Source: an uncultured Bacteroidales bacterium
GTDB taxonomy: Bacteria; Bacteroidota; Bacteroidia; Bacteroidales; UBA10428
Assembly (NCBI GenBank): GCA_964615995.1
Contig: CAZTSR010000006.1
Coordinates: 11,055-75,054, forward strand
Length of the DNA: 64,000 nucleotides
Direction: 5' to 3'
Shown: in pieces, positions 1 through 9,285 of the stretch
Layout: every line of letters starts with the position of its first letter
Position numbering within the stretch: position 1 is the stretch's first letter
Translations under genes and position numbers: made by a program
The notes under the pieces: model-generated
What the model was told of the DNA's origin: nothing
Seen by the model: only the letters and a program-made list of their open reading frames with translations
Databases searched by the model: none

Positions 1-230
1 TCGTCCTTTTCTGCATTTACAACGGCAACATGGATGGATTCAAAATATATTCCATCTCCATCTTTGAAAGCCTGGGAAAAATTCATAGGCTTTCTGATAA
101 AATCATTGAAGTGGGCTAATTTGAATGAAGTTTTCCGGGCACCTGCAAAGAAAGATTGAACAGGTATTTCAGGATTTAATAACAAAAGTTTTCTTCCTGT
201 GTTTCTGGATTTGTGTAACTGATTTCTCAT
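1..230 (-). CDS. hypothetical protein, N-terminal fragment (gene runs off the window start)
   Basis: Minus-strand ATG (rc 'cat' at 228-230) opens a stop-free frame to position 1: MRNQLHKSRNTGRKLLLLNPEIPVQSFFAGARKTSFKLAHFNDFIRKPMNFSQAFKDGDGIYFESIHVAVVNAEKD. It is missing from the ORF track because it is truncated. Family not recognised. Confidence 0.4.
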   Translation of the reverse strand, partial: MRNQLHKSRNTGRKLLLLNPEIPVQSFFAGARKTSFKLAHFNDFIRKPMNFSQAFKDGDGIYFESIHVAVVNAEKD

Positions 231-360
231 GATCAAGGGTTTTATGAATAACGGGGTTGATTTTTCAAATTTAAGGAATTTAAGATTTAAATTATATGAG
301 CATCAGGAAAGTTGCATAAGAGATTTAAGGTTGAAGACTATATAGTTGTGGGTGTTGATT

Positions 361-513
361 TTAACACGAAGAGCAAGAAGATAAAACGTCACTAAGAACA
401 CAAAGTGGAAATACCTGCGGTATTTCCTGGAAAAGCCTGAGCTTAGCGAAGGCGACCTTTGCGTTCTTAATTCTTCGGGTTCTTAGTGAATCCTTGGAGT
501 CCTTTGTGTTAAA
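361..513. repeat. nested imperfect inverted repeat (possible structured RNA or MITE-like remnant) in a 518-bp intergenic region
   Basis: Outer arms ttaacac (361-367) / gtgttaa (506-512). Inner arms cactaagaac (390-399) / gttcttagtg (479-488). The core holds a perfect 9-bp hairpin, ggaaatacc-tgc-ggtatttcc (407-427). No ORF covers the region. Confidence 0.35.
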
Positions 514-748
514 AAATCAGGTATGCTGCAAGCATACAATTTCAAATAAAGAAGTCATTATTAATCATTGCCGATACTCATATTATATTAATTAACCTCA
601 GTCTAAATATATCATCCGATCCATCTCATTCGCGGGAAATTAACAGCTCACAATACCCCGATGTTTGCAATGCACCAACATTTTTTATATATTGCACAAT
701 ACACCCAAACTGCATTGATAACCATATCTGAAACTGGACTAAACAAAC

Positions 749-1129
749 ATGAAGAAAAAAATTATCCTGGAATACACATTAAACTCTTCACCTAAAGTAT
801 TATTTCCTAGATTAAGCACTCCTGGCGGATTATCAGAATGGTTTGCCGATAATGTAAATATCCTCGGCAGCCAATATTCATTTATCTGGGATGATTCAGA
901 ACAAAAAGCTGAAATTATTCAGCGAAAAGAGAATAAGTACATCCGTTTTCGCTGGGTTGATTCTTCTGAAACGGAGGCCCACTGGTTTGAATTCCGGTTA
1001 AACACCGATGAGCTCACAGGGGACACTGCTTTAATCATCACCGATTTTGCTGAGGATGAAGACAAAGACAGTACAGTTGAACTGTGGAATTCGCAAATTT
1101 CCAAGCTCAAGCATGTAATAGGCTTATAA
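749..1129 (+). CDS. START-like / SRPBCC (AHSA1-like) domain protein
   Basis: 126-aa ORF. The N-terminal pattern (EYTLNSSPKVLFPRLSTPGGLSEWFADNV) and the size fit small Bacteroidota START-like proteins. Recognition is from memory only. Confidence 0.5.
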   Translation: MKKKIILEYTLNSSPKVLFPRLSTPGGLSEWFADNVNILGSQYSFIWDDSEQKAEIIQRKENKYIRFRWVDSSETEAHWFEFRLNTDELTGDTALIITDFAEDEDKDSTVELWNSQISKLKHVIGL

Positions 1130-1158
1130 CTGTTGTTACATGTTTACTGAAAAAATCC

Positions 1159-1166
1159 TAGCTTTG
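1159..1166 (+). promoter_or_regulatory. putative Bacteroidota -7 promoter box (TAGCTTTG)
   Basis: Exact match to TAnnTTTG, 10 nt upstream of the TTG at 1176 and 28 nt upstream of an in-frame GTG at 1194. No clean -33 TTTG at canonical spacing. Confidence 0.3.
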
Positions 1167-1175
1167 TAGTCGATT

Positions 1176-3350
1176 TTGGTAGTTCTATTTAACGTGAAGC
1201 GCTTACACAGATTAGTTATTTCGTCGTTTCTTGGGCCATTTGTAATGACCTTCTTCATTGTAGTATTTATACTGCTCATGCAATTTCTATGGAGAATGAT
1301 TGACGAGCTCGTTGGGAAAGGACTTCCGTTATCCATCATCGGTGAATTTTTAATGTATGCCTGCGTGGGACTGGTTCCTCTTGCATTGCCGCTTGCTGTA
1401 TTACTTTCGTCCCTTATGACCTTTGGAAATATGGGTGAGTATTTTGAACTTACCGCTGCTAAAGCCTCGGGCATTTCTTTACAGCGACTCATGTCTCCAA
1501 TCATCGTCCTGGTAATTTTCATCTCTATCGGCGCATTTTTCTTTTCAAACAATGTTGTTCCATATACCAACCTGAAAATGAGAACCCTAAGATATGATGT
1601 CCAGCATATCCGACCTGAGGTTTCAATTCAGGAAGGGGTTTTCTTTAAAGGAATTGACGGTTACAGCATTCGCGTTGAAAAGAAGAATACTGTTACGAAT
1701 ATGCTGTATGAAATCAAGATATACGATCATTCAAAATCAAAAGGCAATTTAGATATTACAATTGCAGATTCCGGAGTTATGAAAATGACCGCCGATAAGC
1801 GGAACATGATGATTACACTCTGGAGTGGTTATAAGTACACAGAAGTAGAAGAACCAAAGCGAAAATTAGATAAAACCCGTCCGCATCAGTTTATGAAATT
1901 CGGTGAAGAGAACATCCTGATCTCTTTATCCGGTTTTGAGTTATCACGATCAAAGGATAAGAACTTTAAAGGCTCTTATCAAATGCTCGATGTGTCGCAG
2001 CTGAACAACGCTATTGATTCTATTAATTCTGAACTTGAAACCAGGCATCAGTTTTTCAAACAAGATATGATGTATAATTACTTCTTTAAGTTGAACCGCA
2101 TATCAGATAAAGAAGCAGATGATGCCCCGGTAGATAACGAGGATTACGATCTCGTAAAAAATAACCGTTCAGATTCTGTTGGAATCTTAAAACGTATGCG
2201 TGTTGCAGAGTATAATATGGCGATTCAAAGAAGGGATGCCAGAAGAGCTACCCAATTGCCAAGGCAAGACCTGGGGCAAAACATCAGCATGACGCAAATA
2301 AACAATTCTGAAAAAAAAGACACTACACCCGCCAAGGTTATGCCTTTTAAGCATTTTGAGAATTTTGACAGTCTTTTTTCATCTCTTCGCCTTGAAAGCC
2401 AGTTGAAATATGTTTCCGACGCAGCCAACACCGTTGTATCAAACCAATATGTTGCCAACAACTATATATCAACAATAGACTATGAGCGGCGAAGTCTGAG
2501 AAGACATGAAATTGAAAGGCACAGAAAGTTCACACTATCGCTGGCCTGCCTGATATTTTTATTTATAGGTGCTCCTTTGGGAGCCATAATCAGAAAAGGT
2601 GGACTCGGGCTGCCCACTGTTATTTCAACATTGATGTTCATTTTGTATTATATCGTTTCTCTCACGGGACAAAAATTCGTTGAAGAAAGCGTTTTGACAT
2701 CCTTTGAAGGGATGTGGCTTTCTTCTGTTATTTTAATTATTGCCGGCGTGTTCCTTACCTATCAGGCTACCAATGATTCTGCCATACTTAACCTGGATAC
2801 TTATCTGAACTGGATTCGTGAAAAGTCCGGACTGATAAGAAATACTGCCCTGGATAATAAATCACACATATTGGGCAGGTTTGAGCTGGATGAGATTGAA
2901 AGAACGCAGTTGCAAACTGAATTTAAGACAATTGGCGATTTGGCCCTGATGACAGCAGATACTTTAAAGAAGGATTCGGGCTGGATGAAAATCGCAGTGA
3001 AGTCATATGAAAACGAAGGATATGCTTATCTTTTGGAATTTGGCGTTCACTATAATGCATTTCTGGACATGGTGATTCTCAGTCAGTGGTTCAGAATCCC
3101 ATATTTTGAAAAACGATTAGGCGAATTTCCAGGTATTGACGGCAAAATGACCTCTGAAATTTTTACCAGAAAATGGCTCAGGCAATTAGGTGTTGTTATT
3201 TTTCCAATAGCGCTGGTAAGAATCATACATCTGAAAATTAAAGTCCGTATTCTCCAAAGGAATATCAGGCAGGTTGTAAGTTTGTCATCCGGAATGATTA
3301 ACCTGCTTAACAGCTCAACTTTTAGAAACGCAGTTGTATCCGTTCAATGA
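1176..3350 (+). CDS. LptF/LptG (YjgP/YjgQ) family permease, long form
   Basis: The N-terminus (LHRLVISSFLGPFVMTFFIVVF...LPLALPLAVLLSSLMTFGNMGEYFELTAAKASGISLQRL) matches the YjgP/YjgQ pattern. A second TM bundle lies near aa 480-560. A soluble insert and a roughly 190-aa C-terminal extension make it 724 aa. The start is uncertain (TTG 1176 or GTG 1194). Confidence 0.8.
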   Translation: MVVLFNVKRLHRLVISSFLGPFVMTFFIVVFILLMQFLWRMIDELVGKGLPLSIIGEFLMYACVGLVPLALPLAVLLSSLMTFGNMGEYFELTAAKASGISLQRLMSPIIVLVIFISIGAFFFSNNVVPYTNLKMRTLRYDVQHIRPEVSIQEGVFFKGIDGYSIRVEKKNTVTNMLYEIKIYDHSKSKGNLDITIADSGVMKMTADKRNMMITLWSGYKYTEVEEPKRKLDKTRPHQFMKFGEENILISLSGFELSRSKDKNFKGSYQMLDVSQLNNAIDSINSELETRHQFFKQDMMYNYFFKLNRISDKEADDAPVDNEDYDLVKNNRSDSVGILKRMRVAEYNMAIQRRDARRATQLPRQDLGQNISMTQINNSEKKDTTPAKVMPFKHFENFDSLFSSLRLESQLKYVSDAANTVVSNQYVANNYISTIDYERRSLRRHEIERHRKFTLSLACLIFLFIGAPLGAIIRKGGLGLPTVISTLMFILYYIVSLTGQKFVEESVLTSFEGMWLSSVILIIAGVFLTYQATNDSAILNLDTYLNWIREKSGLIRNTALDNKSHILGRFELDEIERTQLQTEFKTIGDLALMTADTLKKDSGWMKIAVKSYENEGYAYLLEFGVHYNAFLDMVILSQWFRIPYFEKRLGEFPGIDGKMTSEIFTRKWLRQLGVVIFPIALVRIIHLKIKVRILQRNIRQVVSLSSGMINLLNSSTFRNAVVSVQ

Positions 3351-4558
3351 GAATTCTTCAACTCTGCAATAAGCCTCCCTTTCCTCCGACGGATGGTGGT
3401 TCACATGCCATGTTCAATTTATCACAGGCTTTTATCAAGCTGGGGCATGAAGTCACTGTACTTGCCATGACCACTGACAAGCACAAGATCAATCCCGATC
3501 AACTTCAGCAGTTCAATAAAATCATGCCTGCGCATACAGTATATGTAAATACGCATATTACAGGTTGGTCATTATTGAAAAATCTGCTGTTTTCCCGTAT
3601 TCCTTTCACGGCCAGTCGCTTTATCTCCGACATATTTAGTCGAAAGCTCATCCGGCTTTTGCAATCACAAACATTTGATATTGTTCAGCTCGAAGGCGCC
3701 TATATGTTATCCTATGTTAAAACAATAAGAACCCATTCTCAGGCAGCAATCGTGCTTCGGTCGCACAATATTGAACATGAGATATGGAAGCGAATCACAA
3801 ACCAGGAAAGCAGTTTTTTCAGAAAAGTTTATTTTGGCATGCTCACCAACAGAATACGCTTATTTGAAAAAAAGTTGCTTAATTCATATGACCTGTTGGT
3901 GCCCATTACTGAAAGGGATTTAAATAAATACAATGAGATGGGGAATCTAAAACCGGCTGTAGTTTGCCATGCCGGTGTTAATGTTTCCGAAAGCGTTCCC
4001 AAAAATGTGGTGCAGCAGGAGTTTTCATTATATTTTCTGGGATCTCTTGATTGGATCCCTAATCAGGATGGGATTTTATGGTTCATTTCAGAGGTTTTTC
4101 CCATACTGCTTTCAAAACATCCTGATTTGAAATTTCATATTGCCGGCCGAAATGCCCCGGAAACCCTGATCCGTAAGTTTGATCACCCGAATATAATATA
4201 TCACGGAGAGGTACCCGATTCAAGACAATTCGGTTCAGAACACAGCGTGCTTGTCGCACCTTGTTTTGCTGGAGGCGGAATGCGTGTAAAAATTATAGAG
4301 GCAATGTCACTGGGTAAAGCAGTAATAACAACCACTATAGGGGCAGAAGGCATTTCAATTGATCACAATATGAACATTCTGATCGCCAACACAAGTGCGG
4401 AATTTGCCGGATGTATTGAAGCGATTAAGAAATATCCCCATGTTGGTGAGCAAATTGGAAAAAACGCCCTGGCATTTATCAATAAGAATTACAATATTTT
4501 AAATATAGCACAGTCCCTATCAGACTTTTATGCAAACAACCTGACGCAACATGACTAG
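3347..4558 (+). CDS. glycosyltransferase family 4 (GT-B, group 1)
   Basis: N-terminus MRILQLCNKPPFPPTDGG and C-terminal VAPCFAGGGMRVKIIEAMSLGKAVITT (the EX7E-type region). The start overlaps the upstream stop (ATGA at 3347-3350). Confidence 0.8.
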   Translation: MRILQLCNKPPFPPTDGGSHAMFNLSQAFIKLGHEVTVLAMTTDKHKINPDQLQQFNKIMPAHTVYVNTHITGWSLLKNLLFSRIPFTASRFISDIFSRKLIRLLQSQTFDIVQLEGAYMLSYVKTIRTHSQAAIVLRSHNIEHEIWKRITNQESSFFRKVYFGMLTNRIRLFEKKLLNSYDLLVPITERDLNKYNEMGNLKPAVVCHAGVNVSESVPKNVVQQEFSLYFLGSLDWIPNQDGILWFISEVFPILLSKHPDLKFHIAGRNAPETLIRKFDHPNIIYHGEVPDSRQFGSEHSVLVAPCFAGGGMRVKIIEAMSLGKAVITTTIGAEGISIDHNMNILIANTSAEFAGCIEAIKKYPHVGEQIGKNALAFINKNYNILNIAQSLSDFYANNLTQHD

Positions 4559-5717
4559 TGTATTCTGGATTTTGTTATGCATCATTTTTTATGCCTACAT
4601 CGGATATTCACTGGTATTATGGATCATTACCCTATTTAAAAACCGATTACCGGTAACCAATCCCGCTGCAGGAAATCCCTTTGAGCCTTCAATTACGCTT
4701 ATTATTCCTGCATATAACGAAGAACAATTTGTAGAACAGAAAATTCAGAATACCAAAGCTTTGGATTATCCCCAGGACAAAATTCATGTTCTTTGGGTTA
4801 CAGATGGATCAACCGATAACACCGTATCTCTTTTAAAAAATCGTCCTGAGATCCGGCATATGCATGAAGAAAAACGTAATGGAAAGGTTCATGCGATGAA
4901 TCGTGCAATGAAAACTGTGAATACTCCCATAGCTGTTTTTACTGACGCAAATACCATGCTGAATAAACAGGCCATTCGGGCCATTGTTGATCCATTTTCC
5001 GATGAAAGAACAGGATGTGTTACCGGTGAAAAAAGAATTACAAATCTGGATGCACAGGATGCTGTTGGTGCCGGGGAAGGCCTATACTGGAAATATGAGT
5101 CGCTCATAAAACAACTTGAATCTGAAACAGGATCAGTAATTGGTGCAGTAGGTGAACTTTTTGCAGTGCGTACCAAATTATATGAAGACATCGAAGAGGA
5201 TACGCTTCTGGATGATTTCACCATTTCGCTGCTCATTGTCCGGAAAGGATATCATACAAAATATGCATTGAATGCCTGGGGTGTGGAAACAGCCTCGCTT
5301 TCGGTTACAGAAGAAAAAAAGCGAAAAATCAGAATTGCTGCAGGCGGAATGCAGTTTCTGGTTCGATCAGCAAATCTTCTGAATCCTTTCCTCAGCCTGA
5401 ATGCATTTAAATACTTTTCGCATAAGGTACTTCGATGGACAGTAGTTCCTTTTGCGTTTCCCATTGTTTTTTTTCTCAACCTTTTTATCATTAACAGTGC
5501 TGATAATAATCCTGTTTATTCGTACCTTTTTATGATCCAATGCATTTTTTATGGATTTGTGCTTTTGGGATTTATTTTTGAACATAAGAAAATAAAGCCC
5601 GGAATTTTTTTTGCACCCTATTATGTTTATGTTATGAATGCAGCAATGGTGCAAGGTATCTGGGCTTATCTAATGGGGAATTATACGGTTAACTGGAAAA
5701 AAGCAAAACGCACCTGA
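4551..5717 (+). CDS. membrane-bound glycosyltransferase family 2
   Basis: N-terminal TM helix, then ITLIIPAYNEE...VTDGSTDNT and TDANTML (GT-A motifs), with C-terminal TM helices. Overlaps the upstream gene by 8 nt. Confidence 0.8.
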   Translation: MTSVFWILLCIIFYAYIGYSLVLWIITLFKNRLPVTNPAAGNPFEPSITLIIPAYNEEQFVEQKIQNTKALDYPQDKIHVLWVTDGSTDNTVSLLKNRPEIRHMHEEKRNGKVHAMNRAMKTVNTPIAVFTDANTMLNKQAIRAIVDPFSDERTGCVTGEKRITNLDAQDAVGAGEGLYWKYESLIKQLESETGSVIGAVGELFAVRTKLYEDIEEDTLLDDFTISLLIVRKGYHTKYALNAWGVETASLSVTEEKKRKIRIAAGGMQFLVRSANLLNPFLSLNAFKYFSHKVLRWTVVPFAFPIVFFLNLFIINSADNNPVYSYLFMIQCIFYGFVLLGFIFEHKKIKPGIFFAPYYVYVMNAAMVQGIWAYLMGNYTVNWKKAKRT

Positions 5718-5783
5718 TGAAATTCATTGCATATATGGCGGATTTTTGATTGATTCGCTTTCTCTACATTTATTTACAAATTG

Positions 5784-5791
5784 TACCTTTG
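5784..5791 (+). promoter_or_regulatory. putative -7 promoter box (TACCTTTG) upstream of ribBA
   Basis: Exact TAnnTTTG, 26 nt upstream of the ATG at 5818. The nearest upstream TTTG (5745-5748) is too far away for a canonical -33. Confidence 0.3.
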
Positions 5792-5817
5792 AAGGATGAA
5801 TTAATCCTTCTCAGATT

Positions 5818-7083
5818 ATGCCGGAAGCTATGAATAACATGTTGATAGAACTTAATACCATTAAGGAAGCCATTGCTGATATCAAAGCCGGTAAGGTCGT
5901 TATAGTGGTAGACAATGAAGATCGTGAAAACGAAGGCGATTTTATATGTTCTGCAGAACTGATTACTCCTGAAATTGTCAATTTTATGGCAACGTATGGC
6001 CGGGGATTGATTTGTGCTCCTCTCCCTGAAGAAAGATGCGAACAGCTGGATCTTGAGTTAATGGTTCACAGCAATACTTCACTTCATAGCACACCCTTTA
6101 CAGTAAGTGTTGATTTGTTGGGCAACGGTTGCACAACTGGGATTTCTGCCAATGACAGAGCCCGGACAATACGGGCACTCGTTGATCCACAAACCAAACC
6201 GGAAGATCTTGGAAGGCCCGGACATATTTTCCCGCTTAAAGCTAAAACTAAAGGCGTTCTCAGACGCCCGGGTCACACTGAAGCAGCTGTTGACCTTACA
6301 CGACTTGCAGGGTTAAAGCCAGGGGGTGCATTGGTTGAAATTATGAATGAAGATGGCAGCATGGCCCGTATGCCTGATTTAATTGCCATTGCAAAAAAAC
6401 ATCACCTGAAAATTATTACAATCAAATCACTCATCGCATATTTACTTGAACAGGAAAGTATTGTTATCAAAGGAGATAAAGCCAAACTTCCAACAAAATA
6501 CGGAACCTTTGCAGTGATTCCTTTCATTCAGAAATCGAATCATATGGAACACCTTGCACTGATTAAGGGGACATGGACATCCGATGATCCGGTTCTGGTC
6601 CGTGTACATTCATCTTGTATGACCGGCGACATTTTTGGATCGTACAGATGCGATTGTGGATCTCAGCTGCATGCTGCCATGAAAATGATCGAAAAAGCCG
6701 GCCAGGGGGTTATTGTTTACCTGAACCAGGAAGGCCGTGGCATAGGACTTTTCAATAAAATCAAAGCCTATACATTACAGGAAAAAGGGAGGGATACTGT
6801 TGAAGCAAACCTGGATCTGGGTTTTGAAGAAGATGAACGGGATTATGGCGTTGGTGCAAGCATACTCTATGAGCTTGGCCTGGGAAAAATTAAACTCATC
6901 ACCAACAACCCCGTGAAACGCGCAGGATTGGAAGGGTATGGCATTACCGTTGTTGAGAATATTCCGATTAATATTCCCCCAAATGAACACAACCATTTTT
7001 ATCTGAAAACAAAAAAGAATAAAATGGGGCACTTTCTTGATCTATTGGAAGATAAGGACTTTAAAATAGAAAACGGTCACTAA
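5818..7083 (+). CDS. ribBA: bifunctional 3,4-dihydroxy-2-butanone-4-phosphate synthase / GTP cyclohydrolase II
   Basis: The RibB half carries [12 protein letters not shown] and GHTEAAVDL. The RibA half carries [24 protein letters not shown] and NQEGRGIGL. Confidence 0.95.
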   Translation: MPEAMNNMLIELNTIKEAIADIKAGKVVIVVDNEDRENEGDFICSAELITPEIVNFMATYGRGLICAPLPEERCEQLDLELMVHSNTSLHSTPFTVSVDLLGNGCTTGISANDRARTIRALVDPQTKPEDLGRPGHIFPLKAKTKGVLRRPGHTEAAVDLTRLAGLKPGGALVEIMNEDGSMARMPDLIAIAKKHHLKIITIKSLIAYLLEQESIVIKGDKAKLPTKYGTFAVIPFIQKSNHMEHLALIKGTWTSDDPVLVRVHSSCMTGDIFGSYRCDCGSQLHAAMKMIEKAGQGVIVYLNQEGRGIGLFNKIKAYTLQEKGRDTVEANLDLGFEEDERDYGVGASILYELGLGKIKLITNNPVKRAGLEGYGITVVENIPINIPPNEHNHFYLKTKKNKMGHFLDLLEDKDFKIENGH

Positions 7084-8054
7084 TGGCAGCAACAAAAAAG
7101 CCGGGCATTGTATTTTTGGGAACCCCCGAATTTGCAGTTGCATCGCTCGATGCCATTGTTAATGCGGGATTTACTGTTAAAGCTGTTATTACGGCACCGG
7201 ATAAGCCTTCAGGCAGGGGTTTGCAATTGCATGCCTCTCCTGTAAAAGAATATGCCCTCAGCCGTTCTATTCCTGTGCTGCAGCCTTTAAAGCTCAAAGA
7301 CCCTGAATTTCTTAATGCTTTGCGCCAGATAAATGCAGACTTACAAGTAATTGTGGCTTTCAGAATGCTTCCAGAAGAAGTATGGAATATGCCTCCCCTG
7401 GGAACTTTTAACCTGCATGCCTCTTTACTTCCGCAATACCGCGGAGCAGCCCCTATTAACTGGGCAGTCATCAACGGAGAAAAGAAAACCGGAGTTACTA
7501 CATTCTTTCTGAATCATGAAATTGACAAAGGTTCTGTAATCTATCGAAAAGAGGTTCCAATAGGTGAAGATGACACAGCAGGAGACATCCATGACCTCTT
7601 AATGAAAATTGGAGCAGAACTGGTAGTTCAAACCATCAGAGATATTGCTGCAGACAGCGTAAAACCCATCGAACAGCATGAGATTGACCCAAATTCCACT
7701 TTAATTCCGGCCCCTAAGATTTTTAAAAACGACTGCAGGATCAATTGGTCAGATACAACACGTGCCATACACAATTTGGTGCGTGGTCTGAGTCCATACC
7801 CTGCTGCATGGTCCGAATTGTATCCTGAATCCGGGTCGCCACTTCTTGTTAAAATTTACCGGGGACACCCTGTTATGGAAAACACTGCTTCTGCGACCGG
7901 AACAATTATTTCAGACGGAAAGAGTTTCTTAAAAGTGTCCACTGCCGATGGATATTACCAGATTGACAACATACAACTTCAGGGTAAAAAACAAATGGCA
8001 ACAGCTGATTTTCTCAGAGGCTTTCCTGATGTTATTCAATATCGTTTCAAATAA
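7083..8054 (+). CDS. fmt: methionyl-tRNA formyltransferase
   Basis: IVFLGTPEFAV, the NLHASLLPQYRGAAPINWAVINGEKKTGVTTF formyltransferase core, and a C-terminal Fmt domain. The start overlaps the ribBA stop by 1 nt. Confidence 0.95.
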   Translation: MAATKKPGIVFLGTPEFAVASLDAIVNAGFTVKAVITAPDKPSGRGLQLHASPVKEYALSRSIPVLQPLKLKDPEFLNALRQINADLQVIVAFRMLPEEVWNMPPLGTFNLHASLLPQYRGAAPINWAVINGEKKTGVTTFFLNHEIDKGSVIYRKEVPIGEDDTAGDIHDLLMKIGAELVVQTIRDIAADSVKPIEQHEIDPNSTLIPAPKIFKNDCRINWSDTTRAIHNLVRGLSPYPAAWSELYPESGSPLLVKIYRGHPVMENTASATGTIISDGKSFLKVSTADGYYQIDNIQLQGKKQMATADFLRGFPDVIQYRFK

Positions 8055-8056
8055 AT

Positions 8057-9076
8057 TTATTCCAGATTCATTTCAATCCGGATATCTTCCTCTTCCTCTC
8101 CGGAATCTTTTGGAATGCTAAAGGCCTTATGAATGTCCCTTTTCACGAGCTTTCTGAGTTGAAGCTCTGTACCTGCAGATGGTCGGGTGCCAGGACTCAT
8201 ATTATTCAGTAAATAAAGTTTTGAAAGTTTGATGGCATATAACTGCGATATGGTATACACGGTTTCGCCTTCTTTAACAACATGCGTGTTCTTACCGCTT
8301 TCCGCGCGTGATCGTTTCGGCTGTATATAAATAATCTGGCCATCTGCTACCGAATCGGATTTGCCGATATCGTTGTATTGAAAAATCTCCCATGGCAGTT
8401 TATCCAGTTCACGGGTAATGGATTCATAGGTATCGCCCTTTTTTGCCAGGACATATTTCACCCTGTTACGCTCCATGACTTCATGTCGTACAGGAGAAAC
8501 CTCTGACGCAGATACAGGAGCTTTTTCTGTTCTTCTTTTACGATGGCGTTGTTCCGAAACCTCCATGCGATCATACATGCTTAAATTATAGTCTTCGATA
8601 ATTTTTATAAGCGACTCCGCATAAGTAGGACTTGTTGCATATCCGGCTTTTTTCAATCCCCTTGCCCATCCTCTGTAATCAGTAATTTTCAGCTCAAACA
8701 AAAAAGCATAGCGTGTTTTTGATTTAAGATAATCTGAGTGGTCTCTATAGGACTCTTCAACCGATGCGTATTTTCTAAAACACTCATTTTTTGCATCATC
8801 ATCTTCAAAGATGCGCTTTCCGTTCCAGTCGTTATGACATTTGATTCCAAAGTGATTATTGCCTTCTCTTGCAAGACGGCTATTTCCATCTCCACTCTCC
8901 AATGCACCCTGTGCCAATGTAATGCTGGCCGGAACACCACTCCGGCTCATCTCTTTTATTGCAATTTCCTTATAGGTTTCAAAATAAACGGGACGTGAAA
9001 TTCTTTCAGAGTACTGAGCAAATGTTATTGCTGAATTTACTATAATGCCAATTCCTAAACCAACCAATCGTCTCAT
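8057..9076 (-). CDS. peptidoglycan hydrolase: glucosaminidase domain plus two LysM domains
   Basis: Signal-like N-terminus. Glucosaminidase motif PASITLAQGALESGDGNSRLAREGNNHFGIK. Two LysM-like repeats (YVLAKKGDTYESI..., HVVKEGETVYTISQLY...). Confidence 0.8.
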   Translation of the reverse strand: MRRLVGLGIGIIVNSAITFAQYSERISRPVYFETYKEIAIKEMSRSGVPASITLAQGALESGDGNSRLAREGNNHFGIKCHNDWNGKRIFEDDDAKNECFRKYASVEESYRDHSDYLKSKTRYAFLFELKITDYRGWARGLKKAGYATSPTYAESLIKIIEDYNLSMYDRMEVSEQRHRKRRTEKAPVSASEVSPVRHEVMERNRVKYVLAKKGDTYESITRELDKLPWEIFQYNDIGKSDSVADGQIIYIQPKRSRAESGKNTHVVKEGETVYTISQLYAIKLSKLYLLNNMSPGTRPSAGTELQLRKLVKRDIHKAFSIPKDSGEEEEDIRIEMNLE

Positions 9077-9251
9077 GAAATAATTTTTCGGTAAAAATAA
9101 CGCAGGATTTCACGAACATGTTGTTAATTAGTTGGAAGGTTTTCAACAAATCATGTTCCGGATGATTTTTTTCAAAATTTCAATAGGGTAAAACAATGGA
9201 TGATGGTCATAATAATGCATACAGTTTTACAGGGATTAGCAGATTAGTCAG

Positions 9252-9277
9252 GGGGATGTCTCTAAAGGGGCATCCCC
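9252..9277 (-). terminator. possible hairpin terminator downstream of arcC
   Basis: 7-bp GC-rich stem ggggatg (9252-9258) / catcccc (9271-9277), 9 nt after the arcC stop. No clear U-tract on the minus strand, so support is weak. Confidence 0.3.
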
Positions 9278-9285
9278 TCTGGCTT

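Noticed and set aside
919-1570. Antisense or overlapping track ORFs. Examples here are 919-1110(-) and 1136-1570(-). The same class occurs throughout, e.g. 2225-2461, 4889-5654, 10662-12063, 13724-14456, 23875-24738, 35303-36085, 42055-43321, 45437-46522 and 53070-53580.
   Set aside because: Each is embedded opposite or out of frame within a longer ORF that has clear family motifs. Their translations are low-complexity or Cys/Arg/Ser-rich shadow frames with no recognisable motifs.
5718-5817. Possible FMN (RFN) riboswitch upstream of ribBA.
   Set aside because: Only 100 nt are available, and I could not find the conserved RFN core segments. Only a 6-bp hairpin (5791-5810) and a TAnnTTTG box are present.
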